Below the pieces are notes generated by a model. The model made no database searches. It was not told where the DNA came from and worked only from the letters and a program-made list of their open reading frames with translations. From Elsinoe ampelina (taxonomy: Eukaryota), in assembly GCA_010093995.1 (NCBI GenBank), contig ML992517.1, positions 386,677 to 430,150 on the forward strand: DNA of 43,474 nt. The letters run 5' to 3'. Below are positions 1 to 10,314 of this stretch, piece by piece (position 1 is the first letter of the stretch; each line of letters opens with the position of its first letter). The translations under genes were made by a program, and so were the position numbers.

Positions 1-179
1 TGGCGCGACAGCGAGATGCCGATGGGTGAGGAGGCGCAGGTGAGGAACCACACTCGGGGCGCGTTGTGGGCGGGGAATTTGGGGACGCGGGGGGGTTTGA
101 GGTCGGGTTCGGTGGCGGGAGGGGCCGAGGGAGGGGGAGAGGGAGGGGGGTGGGAGAGGGGGGAGGTGGGGGTTGCCAT
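1..179 (-). CDS. 5' end of a probable short-chain dehydrogenase/reductase (SDR)-like gene, runs off the window
   Basis: ATG at 179 opens MATPTSPLSHPPPSPPPSAPPATEPDLKPPRVPKFPAHNAPRVWFLTCASSPIGISLSR. The 'PRVWFLT.ASS.IG..L.R' segment resembles the Rossmann beta1/glycine-loop start of fungal SDRs. Not in the ORF track because it is truncated. Confidence 0.65.
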   Translation of the reverse strand, partial: MATPTSPLSHPPPSPPPSAPPATEPDLKPPRVPKFPAHNAPRVWFLTCASSPIGISLSR

Positions 180-747
180 TGGGAGGGTAGGGCGGAGGTG
201 TTGCGGGGATGGTGTTTAGTCGGTCAGGAAGTGGTGGTGAGCTTGTTACGTACGCATCGTGAGAGCGATTGATGTTATGCAAGTCGTCTGTTAGGTTGTA
301 TCCGAATTGAGACCAGAACTTTGGGACGAGATTACCGATCTATGTTGTCCGGGACAAATTCCAGAGTCGCGGCAGGTAGTGGGATTGATACTGCAACATT
401 TCAGCACTTGAAACATCCGATCATCGTCACTTGAGTGTTGCGGCTTGAGATAAACGTGAATGGTCAATCAAGTGCCGAAGTCAAAGGTCGTCGAACAAAA
501 TGGCGGGGCAAAGACCAGAAATTTGTGGGGTGAACCAGCATCAATTGCCGGACCTTGCACGTGACCAGCGGCAAATGTCAACCGAGGTATAACAGATGTC
601 ATCTCCATTCGCAGACTTGGGTATCTAATCATTTCTGCTGGCTTGTCGTGCTGTATCATGCTCCCTACCAGCTGCTATGCCTCCCGCAGCTTCCGACCAG
701 GTGCAGTCGATCTGCCCTGGCCAACTGTTGCTCGAAACAAAAGTGTC

Positions 748-1878
748 TCATGACGCCTCAGGCGAAGCCATCGCACTCGGCGTCCCCACCACCGAAGTCG
801 ATGTCGGGCTGGTCGCAGCTTTACTCTTTCTCCTCTTCTTCCCATCAGCCTTGCTCCCTTTCCTCTTCGCCGCCCCTGGGGCTGGCGCTGGTGTATCGTC
901 CTTCATCTTCGTGCTAAATGCCGCAGGCACCGCAGCCTTTGCCTTTTCCGCTGCTTCCTTCTCCTTTGCTTTTGCGGCCGCCGCTTCCGCCTGCGCTTGT
1001 CGGACTCGCAAGTGGTCTTTGGTGTGCGTGAAGACAAAGTTCCCAGGTTCGCCGCGTAGGGGGTTCTCGTCCATGTATTCGTCTCCGTGAGCGAGGGCCA
1101 GACGGAGTGAGTGTTCGAGAAGGAGAGCATCGCGGGGGTCGAAGTCGGCTTGGGTGCTCATCGCACCGGCGGCGGAGGAGGAGCGGGCGCTGGGCTCGGC
1201 GGAGGTGGCGCGTTGGGAAGCTGACTGATCTGGTCCGACGCTGCCTTCGCGGCTGAATGTGGTGGACGGAGCTTTGCTAGACTTGCTGGCTGTGGGAGGG
1301 AACCAAGTATAGCCTGTAGCCGGGTTGAAGATGGGCAGGGGTGCGGCCTGGTCCATGAATTTGCTGAGCGATGTCATGGCCGAGAGTAGATGATTTCCCA
1401 CCACGTCGTAGACTGACGGCGATTGGTAAATGTTTTGTCCTGCAACATAGTACGTCCCGAGCGTGGTCAATTGGTCCTCCCGTGGTGGCCGCTTGACTCG
1501 ATCCTGCTTCCGTATCACATACACTCCCGTATCTGGTCCTTGTGACTGATCTTGCACTGGCTGTGGATCTCCAACGATCATGTACTCTGTGCCCGGTCTC
1601 TGTCGCAGCGTTGCTTCCAATCGTTGCCGGTCCGAGTAGAGCATCAGTGTGTTAGGATCGTTCATCGCCTGACCCCAGAGAACGCCATTCTTCGTCGTGT
1701 GATCGAAGAAAGGGGACTCGCTGAAGTAGCCATGTACTGAGAATGATCAGCTTAAAGTTCTGTCACTGGTACCGCTTGACTGACCACTGTTCGGGTGGAC
1801 TCCTTGCCAGTACTGCAGCACGGCGGGGTTGGAGAACTGGATCTCGTCGAGCGCGGCATTGTCCTGAGCTGAGCCCAT
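748..1878 (-). CDS. MED6: Mediator of RNA polymerase II transcription subunit 6
   Basis: Exon 1 1878-1785 (MGSAQDNAALDEIQFSNP..HPNS); intron 1784-1737 (GTCAGT..CTGAT..CAG); exon 2 VHGYFSESPFFDHTTKNG..GTEY..VYVIRKQ..YYVAGQNIYQSPSVYDV, all Med6 motifs. Confidence 0.93.
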
Positions 1879-2282
1879 GGTGAATTTGATGCGCGCTTCC
1901 CAGCGCCAGAGATATGTTATCGCATTGAGTGAGGTGGGTGTGAATGACAAGAAGCAGAGTCGTATACAGCTGGAGCAGCTTTCGAGGTGATGGCTGCTGT
2001 GGCTGGTGGTGGCTGATGGAAAATGTGGCTTGAGAATATGTCTTCGGCTTCGGGAAATGGGGTCCAGTCGGGTCTTTCACTCGGAAATATCAGATGGCAA
2101 GTCAAATCATTCCTCTTCATCGAAGGTCATTCCTGGACACAGCACAGCAAGGCAACAGCTTGTGACAAGAGGGAACCATTCGATCATTCAGTCGTTATAT
2201 CGTACACTTCCTCAGTCGTGAATCACCCTCTGTGGCAATCGAAGCTTTATACAGAAGAAAAATTGCTCGGTCCCTGGTCGAC

Positions 2283-4769
2283 ATGCCGGATCGACGCCCT
2301 GCATCAACAACGGCCGGACAGCGACCTCGATTCCTTTTCCTGGATGCTTATGACTCCTTCACCAACAATATCATTGCTCTGCTTCGCTCATCGTTGCAAG
2401 CTCGCGTCACTGTGATCAAGATAGACGACTCCCGCTTCCTCCATGCTGCTGACAATGTCTTTCACTCCTTCCTGCGGCGTTTTGATGGTGTCGTAGTTGG
2501 TCCCGGGCCTGGCGATCCTCACAACCCAGATGATATCGGTCTCATTGAGAAGCTATGGCATCTCCCGGATAGTATTTGCTTGCCGATCCTGGGCATCTGT
2601 CTCGGATTTCAATCGCTGATTCTAGCATTTGGCGGCACTGTGCTAAGGCTGAAGGAGCCGCGACATGGCGTCATCCGATCCGTCGAGCATCGAGGGACGT
2701 CGCTGTTCGAAACCGTTGGCGAGGTTAGGGCTACGCAGTATCATTCGCTGCATGGTCGGCTTGGGCACGACCTGAAGGACCTGGAATCGTTGTGGGTGCC
2801 GTCCTCCAAGTCATCTGAGCTGGAGCCGTTGGCATGGGATCTTTCGGATGCTGATAATGGGCCGGTGTTGATGGCTGTGCGTCACTCAAGCAAGCCTTTG
2901 TGGGGCGTTCAGTATCACCCAGAGTCGATCTGCACCAGTGCGGGGGGCGCGCAAGTGGTTGAGAATTGGTGGCGGGAGTCTGAGCAATGGAGACGGCGCA
3001 AAATGAAGGCCGGTGTTGAACGGAGAAGCTCTGCTGGTCTTGACAGTGGCTATGTCACCGATACCGACTCCACGCCTTCGACGCCGGGAGTAGCTGAGGA
3101 ATTTGGATCCTTCCCTGGGTTTTCCACTTCAAGAGATCAAGCAAGAGGTCAAGCATTCCAAGCACAGCCATCCTCTGACGTGGGGCGTTCAGGGACGACT
3201 GTACGATGGAAGCACTTGAACTGGAGTTTCGATCTTGACCTTCTGCCATCGTTGTGCGAACTGATCCGTGAAGCCACTGGTAAGCATCCGCTACTGTTGG
3301 AGTCAGGCACCAAGGGAGGACAGCCTGTACGTGCCGAGACAGGTCGCTACAGCGTGCTGGGATTGGTGGAGGAAGATGCAGAGACCTTAAAATATTGGTC
3401 GTCGGCGAGGAGGTTCGAGCGGCGGATAGAAGAAAAGATGGAACTCGACGATTGTAATGTTGCTGAAGCTTTCGATAAGCTGAGGGCATGTGTCTCTGAG
3501 CGGCGAGCTGTTGGAGGTCCGGCAGAGGTGCCATTCTGGGGCGGTCTTGTGGGATATATCTCTTACGAAGCTGGACTGGAGACCATCGATGTGGCACCGT
3601 CATCGGAAGAGGTCGACCTTGCGGATATTTGCTTCGTCTTTGTGCGAAGGACTCTGGTCATTGACCATGTGAAGAAAAGGATCTATGTCCTAGATATCTC
3701 AGAGGATGCTCGCTGGCTTGATGATATGTTTGGTCGGATCGATACTTTGGTTACCCATATGGGGGAGCGGCACGCCTCATTCGGATCGACGCTGGAGAGA
3801 GCTTGGAAGAGTGCCATTTGCCGGCCGGAGGAGAAAGAGTATTGTGAAAAGGTGGCTGTCTGCCAGTCGCATATTCGCGCAGGAGATTCGTATGAGCTTT
3901 GTCTGACAGATCAGTCGACATTGAGCTTTGAAAAAGATGAAAGGCATGCTGTGCCTGATTGCTGGAAGTTGTATTCGCATCTGCGGCTGTCGAATCCTGC
4001 GCCCTTTGGCGCTTTTCTGGATTTCGAAGATGCTTCTATTTTGAGCAGTAGCCCAGAGAGATTTCTGTCATGGTCTCGTGATGGTCTCTGTGAGTTTCGG
4101 CCGATAAAAGGCACTGTTCAGAAGGGTTCTGGTATGACGAGAGAGAAGGCGGAGGAGATCTTGAGGAGTGAGAAGGAGCAGGCGGAGAATTTGATGATTG
4201 TCGATCTGATTCGACATGATTTGAATGGCGTCGTTGGTCTGTGTGATGGGTCGGCTGAAGTGCCAAAGTTGATGCAGGTGGAAGAGTATGCGACCGTCTT
4301 TCAGCTTGTTTCAGTGATTCGAGGTCAGCTTGGATCGCTTGGCGTGACAGATGCTGCTGGAAGAACTGCTGAAAAGGATGTTGCTGGTATGCATGACCTC
4401 CCATCGCCTTCTCTTGGAGTCGATGGTCGTGATGGATTATATGGCGAGGCGAAAGGGGTGCAGGAGGGGCTTTTGACTGGAGTCGATGTTTTACACGCGT
4501 CTTTGCCTCCTGGTAGTATGACAGGCGCTCCGAAGAAGCGATCTTGCGAATTGTTGAAAGAAATCGAAGGCAGGAGGAGGCGGATTTATTCTGGTGTGCT
4601 GGGATATCTTGATGTTGGCGGCGGTGGTGATTTCTCGGTGGTGATACGAAGCGCGATCAGGTACAGGGATGGTTGGCGGATTGGTGCTGGAGGGGCCGTG
4701 ACGGGGCTGAGTGATCCGTTAGCAGAATTCCAAGAGATGATGGGCAAGAGTATGGCCGTACAGTTCTAG
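2283..4769 (+). CDS. ABZ1: Bifunctional para-aminobenzoate (aminodeoxychorismate) synthase, GATase + chorismate-binding domains
   Basis: DAYDSFT, GPGPG, LGICLGFQ, YHSL, GVQYHPES (class I GATase); PFWGGLVGYISYE, GDSYELCLT, SSSPERF, RPIKGT, KEQAENLMIVDLIRHDL, PPGSMTGAPK (PabB/TrpE-like). First ATG at 2283; no intron needed. Confidence 0.96.
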   Translation: MPDRRPASTTAGQRPRFLFLDAYDSFTNNIIALLRSSLQARVTVIKIDDSRFLHAADNVFHSFLRRFDGVVVGPGPGDPHNPDDIGLIEKLWHLPDSICLPILGICLGFQSLILAFGGTVLRLKEPRHGVIRSVEHRGTSLFETVGEVRATQYHSLHGRLGHDLKDLESLWVPSSKSSELEPLAWDLSDADNGPVLMAVRHSSKPLWGVQYHPESICTSAGGAQVVENWWRESEQWRRRKMKAGVERRSSAGLDSGYVTDTDSTPSTPGVAEEFGSFPGFSTSRDQARGQAFQAQPSSDVGRSGTTVRWKHLNWSFDLDLLPSLCELIREATGKHPLLLESGTKGGQPVRAETGRYSVLGLVEEDAETLKYWSSARRFERRIEEKMELDDCNVAEAFDKLRACVSERRAVGGPAEVPFWGGLVGYISYEAGLETIDVAPSSEEVDLADICFVFVRRTLVIDHVKKRIYVLDISEDARWLDDMFGRIDTLVTHMGERHASFGSTLERAWKSAICRPEEKEYCEKVAVCQSHIRAGDSYELCLTDQSTLSFEKDERHAVPDCWKLYSHLRLSNPAPFGAFLDFEDASILSSSPERFLSWSRDGLCEFRPIKGTVQKGSGMTREKAEEILRSEKEQAENLMIVDLIRHDLNGVVGLCDGSAEVPKLMQVEEYATVFQLVSVIRGQLGSLGVTDAAGRTAEKDVAGMHDLPSPSLGVDGRDGLYGEAKGVQEGLLTGVDVLHASLPPGSMTGAPKKRSCELLKEIEGRRRRIYSGVLGYLDVGGGGDFSVVIRSAIRYRDGWRIGAGGAVTGLSDPLAEFQEMMGKSMAVQF

Positions 4770-5329
4770 GACCTTATGGTCGAGACGTGACGAAAGAGTG
4801 ACTCTTCCATCTCCTCATCGACTGAGGCCATGCACTCCCCGTCAATGTACCCCTTCCACATCGCCTGTGAACTGTCAGAACAACTTGTCAGATAATTGCC
4901 ATTGATTGTGCTTACCTGGTACGCTCGCACGTCGAAGTCCAATTTGGCCACCGCCAGCCCAATGGCGATGGCCTCCTTGGACCACGACGGGTGCTTCTTC
5001 ATCTCGTACGACTTCTTGAGCAGCACCATGCCCTCGAGGATGCGTTTGTATCTGGCATCCTTCTCGGCGAAGCTTTCGTCCAGCCGCTGGACCAGCGCCT
5101 CCGCCGCCGACCTCACCGCCGCTTGCCCCACCAAGCGGCGGCGGGTCTGCTGAGCGATACGACGTGTATCAGCAACGACTGGACTCACCTCCGCTACTAT
5201 CTTATCCAGCTCCTTCTCAAGACGTCGGTATGACATCTTGAGAAGGAGCATCTTCTTGAACGTCTTCGCGAGGGTCGCACCGTCCATGCTCTCCCTCACC
5301 TTCTCGATGGAGCTCATGGTGGAGCTCAT
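4766..5329 (-). CDS. Hypothetical helical/coiled-coil protein (~170 aa spliced)
   Basis: Open frame from ATG 5329 (MSSTMSSIEKVRES..) with coding-like codon usage; candidate in-frame 51-nt intron 4915-4865 (GTAAGC..CTGAC..CACAG); no recognisable domain. Confidence 0.55.
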   Translation of the reverse strand: MSSTMSSIEKVRESMDGATLAKTFKKMLLLKMSYRRLEKELDKIVAEVSPVVADTRRIAQQTRRRLVGQAAVRSAAEALVQRLDESFAEKDARYKRILEGMVLLKKSYEMKKHPSWSKEAIAIGLAVAKLDFDVRAYQVSTINGNYLTSCSDSSQAMWKGYIDGECMASVDEEMEESLFRHVSTIRS

Positions 5330-5791
5330 GGTGCTGCTGGTGGTGCTGTATGCTTGCTCTGGTGGCAAGCGCGGTGCTGTGTGAGGAGTTGATGTGTTGT
5401 GAGGGTGAGGTTCTGGGTGAAGCTGTGAAGTTTGTTTGTGGGCAGCCAGTTTCGGAATCTGATGCCAAGGAATTTGCAGAGCTGCCTTGGTCAAGCTTCG
5501 GCCTCTCCCTTGCCATTCACGTACCCTACCCTTCCATTTACTTCCCAACAGCCTTGCCACACTCTTCTGTGCCATGCAAAAGAGCTTCCCCGAGGCCATC
5601 GTGTCCTCCATGTGCACCTTTTGCCTATGATATGTGCATCTCTTGACACATTGTATATCGCGAAGTCGTGGGCCCAATGTTCCTTGACCACGCGTCTGGC
5701 GCTCATCGCCGCGGCTATCTGGCTGTGCCTATTTTAAAATGAGCGTCAGTGCCTGCCCAATCTCCCCTGCCAGCAGCTCCAATGCCTGGAG

Positions 5792-6070
5792 AAATGGCAA
5801 AAAAGTAATGCCTCGTAGAGGGAAGCTCGCTCGAAGCGATCTTGATATTTGGACTGGGAGATGATTAGCATGGTTGCTTTTGTGGTTGTACATGTCACGT
5901 GGTTAGTGAGATCAATAGTGCGCCACGTTATTGACCACTGCCCTCCCCAACTGAGCTATGTTGTCGGAACTCGGCGAGTCAGAGTCGGTCGGACTCAGCT
6001 GGGGATTAGGATGTGGGGCCGTTTAAAATAAATATATACCCATCATCAAGGTCGTGAACCTTGGGGAATT
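5792..6070 (-). repeat. Copy A of a diverged ~270 bp non-coding duplication; candidate structured RNA
   Basis: Shares collinear blocks with 6464-6720: AAATG(G)CAAAAAAG, ACTGGGAG(A)TGATTAGCAT, GTACATGTC, GATCAA.AGT.CGCCA.G.TATTGACC, CCCAACTGAGCTA (5946-5958), AAATAAATATATACCCAT (6026-6043). Confidence 0.85.
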
Positions 6071-6463
6071 TCAGACGCCGGTCGCAAAGGGTCCTTGCGG
6101 CATTCGCTTGTGGCATCCTGCTGCATTGTCCAAGTCATCGTACTGAACCACTCCCTTTTGGGTGATCTTGCTGCACATTTAGTAAATCCTAGGCCATGCT
6201 GCAACACTATCCATCCCTTGGACATGTTGCAGCACTGTTGTCGTCAAGGTCATGTTGTAGTACCACAAAGTCAAGGTTATAGTGCTGCATCATCCTGGCG
6301 GAGCGCAAAGTGCAAAACTTGCGTACCATCTCAGGTACCGGGTGACCATGCAAAAGAATGAGCCGCAAAGAGAAAGAGCGCCTATTGGGATCATCTCAGT
6401 ACCGATGAGTAGCTGCAGGGACACGACCGCCTGGTATACCAGCAATATGGGCGATGTCCGACC

Positions 6464-6720
6464 AAAATGCAAAAAAGAGATTCCTCTGGGGAGATTGTCT
6501 GAAGACGCTCTCGAAAGTCTGTACTGGGAGTGATTAGCATTGTTTTGCAGGTAAGTGTACATGTCTCGTTAGTGTGATCAACAGTTCGCCAAGCTATTGA
6601 CCTCTGTCCTTCCCAACTGAGCTACAACCGGTGCAGCTCCCGTCATTGGGAATTAGGACATGGGGCCGCTCGAAATAAATATATACCCATAAAAGAAAGC
6701 TCGTGGGTCTTGAGGAAAAA
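6464..6720 (-). repeat. Copy B of the diverged non-coding duplication; candidate structured RNA
   Basis: Same blocks in the same order: CCCAACTGAGCTA (6612-6624), AAATAAATATATACCCAT (6673-6690), hairpin 6576-6602. Confidence 0.85.
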
Positions 6721-8326
6721 TGCCTGTCGCGTGCCCAAGACACTGTGTTCTCCATCCCTACTGCTTCCTCATACACAATCATTTACTGTCTCTTCCTCGC
6801 CGTGATCTTGTTATAGTTTAACGAGAGACCCACGATACGTGCATGCATTGCATTGCCTTACCCTTTGCCCTGGGCTCCACCGAGAAGCAGGACATGGTGC
6901 ATTCATCCTCACGGCGCGAGACGACAGGCACGAGGGTTGGTAACAAACACACAAGCATCGCACACTCAGTACGCCTGGCGACCACGGATCCTAATATCTC
7001 TTCCAGCACAAACAGAGGCGACACGATCCAAATCCAGCCACAGAGGTTTGTTCCTTCTCAGATTTCCGGACAAATTGGCTCGACCAGTATTCCCCGATGG
7101 CCCCTAACGCGCCATCCTCGCCAGGAACACAAGAGCCAGGGGCGGATGAATAGGGGCACGTAGGGGACATCATTAAGAGCATGGACATCTATCATAACGG
7201 GCTGGGACAAGGGGTGGTTGTTGTTTGGCTGTCCGATGGTTTGCTGGTGGACACCGGGCGCAAAAAAGCAATCAGGCAGTCAAGATTCAGGCCGTGCTGC
7301 TACTACTCTGGCCGATGTTTGCTTGAAGAAGACTGCAAACATCGATGTCTCTTGCGCGAACATGCCGATGGTAGCAATGATCAGGTCAGGGATGAGTGTA
7401 GACGAAGTGGGCGCCCCCTTTGAAAGGTGTTTGGTCGCGGTCTTGATGTCATAGTAGTTGTAGCTGCTTTTTCTTTCACACCCGCCTGTTTGTTTGTTTC
7501 CGTAGAACCCGTGCAAATGCAGTAGCAAGCAGTTCCTGCAGTGTCTTTCGGTGCTTGTGTATGGACTTTGCCAGTCGTGAGGAAGATTTTGGCGTCGCGA
7601 TCACTTTGTCCATGGCAAGGGGCACACATTATACCGCCAAACTGCATTCATCCGCAATACGCTCGATTTTGATTGCATGAGAACGAGCTCGTTCCGACGC
7701 GCCTTTTGATGGTGAAATCACGCTGTAACACCGCCAGATGATGCTGTGGTGGCTGTTGATGCTAAAAGGCTGCGTTCCAAGCTCGAGACAAGGCTCGAAC
7801 CCCGAGGCTCCAAAGCTCCTTTGCCTCCTCCAGACGGTCTTAATTGGGCTGCATCAGACACGACCAGCAGCAACAGATAGGGAAGCCCCACATACGCTAT
7901 TCCATCTTGTGTCGGCGCCTATGGCGGCAATGCCCGCTGTAGTGTGGCTAGTGTGGCGTCTTTGTCTGTGTTGACACGGCATGAGCTGGACGAGACATCC
8001 TTCCCCGACCCGTCTCCGTCAAGCATTCCCATAGACACACTTGCAACTCCAACGATGTCGGACATACCAGCAACAGAGGCTACAGTCTTTCATAGACCAG
8101 AAGAAGGACGAAGAGGTACCAAGGTCGAGTATGACAGCCGGCAGTATCAAGAAGAGACAGCGCCCACGGCCGGAGACGATGTCCAGAACAGAAAAAGTCC
8201 ACCAGTGCTATAAAGGTCTGCAGGGAACCGGGGCGGCGACAAAGGGCTCCATCACCATGATGGCATCAGCATCCATTGGCCTGAACGACACGATGGAATA
8301 GTCAGAAGCCACTTCGACCGAGACAG

Positions 8327-8390
8327 CGACTTCGAACAGGGCGGCGGCTACTCCGAGAGGGGCGGCGACTTCGAGAGGGGCGGCGACAGC
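8327..8390 (+). repeat. Short imperfect 18-bp tandem repeat (GACTTCGAGAGGGGCGGC-like, ~3 units)
   Basis: gac ttc gaa cag ggc ggc / ggc tac tcc gag agg ggc ggc / gac ttc gag agg ggc ggc gac; translates as DFEQGG-GYSERGG-DFERGGD. Confidence 0.6.
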
Positions 8391-10314
8391 ATGGGTTCAT
8401 CACACGCCAGCGCCATGTATACTATACTGCGAAGCGACTCCACCAAGGTCGACCACTGTCATTGGCATGAACGAGACGGACTTCCCAAGGGATCTCCACA
8501 CTAAACAAAAATTCCCTACAACTCCACCAGACCCCTCGGGATGCGGATGGGCAAGCGACAACGTCAGGGCGAGTCTATCCTGGAGGAAGCAGACAGCTGC
8601 ATGCCCGCAACTAAGCCACCCGGCTCCATCGTATCATCAGTGCAAGAAGAGTCGCAACCAGCCCACAGCTCATGTCCCCTCAAAGGCAAGAGCATGCGAT
8701 GGCATCGACGTCAGAATCTCCAACACAATTCCGCCGGCCGGGGTTTCGAAGGTTGTGGACAGCTATTGGCGATCGGGTCTGCGTACCAAGGCTTGAGATC
8801 GATGTTGTGTAGCAATACACAGGACTCCGTTGCGGATGCTAGCGAGCAACCAGATGCAGTAAAGACTTTCTTGGAGCGGTCCCCCGAACGACATATGGCG
8901 ACTCTCCGAGATATAATCGGCATTGATGGCCGACCCGGGTACACGTTGCAGATGAAGAAGACCGAGTGCATTGCTGGCAAACAAATACAGCAGCCGTATT
9001 GCGTTCAAAGAAGGACGAGGTACAATACATGGTGCTCAGTTGCCTTGGACTGAATGCCCGACTACAAGGTCGGAAGTGTGGGGTGGCCGTGTCACTCCTC
9101 TAGACAGGTTTCGCGCCAAATCGCACACGGTTCAAGTGGACGAGTGTACCCAACAGGAAGCAAATAGCAACAACAGTCCTCTTCGATGTCGGGCCCGCGT
9201 GGATACACCTCCATCTCGTGGGATGGGGGACCGGGTTTGTGCTTGCCGGCTAGCTTGGGTGGACAACCAGCGTTTGGGTATGCGATGGTGTGGACCCATG
9301 AAGATACCAACACTATCACACATGAAGTAGCGAGGTGGGACGGCCGGGTTTTCGCATCCCCATTGTCCTCAATCAGACTCATCCCTCGCATCCGGCCATG
9401 CTCATCATTGACCGAAGGCTTCGGCCCAGGAGGTTGGCCACAGGATGTATCTCTGTCGCACCCGGCTCGGATGGCGCAATCAATCCCCACCAGAGGCTTG
9501 CCGAGGCGCCCCAGTCTATGTCTGTCCTCGACTCAAGTGATCAAGCCTAGATGGGCTCCGACAAAATACCACAGAAAGGGGCAGACACATGCCCACCAGG
9601 TATCTACTGTGACAAGCTCAAGTTGGAGAGCAAGCATGGGTCCGTCGTCGACCCAGATTGCTATGTGGAGAGGTCGCACAGGTACCTGGCCTCGACATGG
9701 GTGGCCAGATGCTGATGAGATCGGTCCCGAATGCGGTCCAGGCTAGAGAGCAGGCATGTGCCCATCCTAGACCCTCGAAAGTCGACCTCGAGGTTGGCCA
9801 GGACGAGGCTACAGATCGACACCACCATATACTCAAGTGTTTGCTCCTGATAAGACGCTGGTGTTGAGCACTAGACGATGCCCCCCATCATGGCGTGGTA
9901 CAGCCTGGGCATACCTTCTGATAGATGTCGTTGCCATGTGGTCTTCGAAGCCGGCGCCACATTCGTTGTCTTCTGCATCGTCGATATTACTGTCCTTTGT
10001 TCGTTGATATTACTCCAACCATCGGTAGGTGCCAAGATGCAGAGTTGTCCCACGACCGGGACCAAAGCAGTCGTCGCACCGAGGAAGATGGCTTCGCCGA
10101 CGTTGTTCCCGACAACACTCGATCAACCACTCGAGGCTGTTGACATTCATCGGACCAAGGCCTAGATCCAGTATGTCCATCCAAGCAAGTAGATCCGTCC
10201 AAGTGTTCCGGTAAGGCCAGTTCCTGGAAGACCGAGAAAGAAAAGACATGGACAAACAATGATAAGAAGCAAAGACGAGAAACACTGAAGAGGGAAAGGG
10301 GTATGTTTGGTCTG

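Noticed and set aside
5330..5677. Upstream extension of the 303-aa minus ORF
   Set aside because: The ORF-track start is not an ATG and the sequence looks like promoter/5' leader; ATG 5329 preferred, although an upstream ATG cannot be excluded.
5895..5966. Intact tRNA gene on the minus strand (TAGCTCAGTTGG, possible GCTC/GGGC D-stem)
   Set aside because: No properly placed T-arm/B-box, no acceptor-stem closure and no canonical U33 anticodon loop; kept only as part of the candidate ncRNA finding.
6540..6560. ACACTTACCTG on the minus strand, resembling the U1 snRNA 5' end
   Set aside because: Downstream U1 stem-loops and Sm site are not evident, and the motif is absent from copy A.
10010..10314. 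C-terminal extension of the 297-aa ORF beyond SEC22
   Set aside because: Artefact of reading through intron 3; the spliced gene ends with a TM anchor at 10315.
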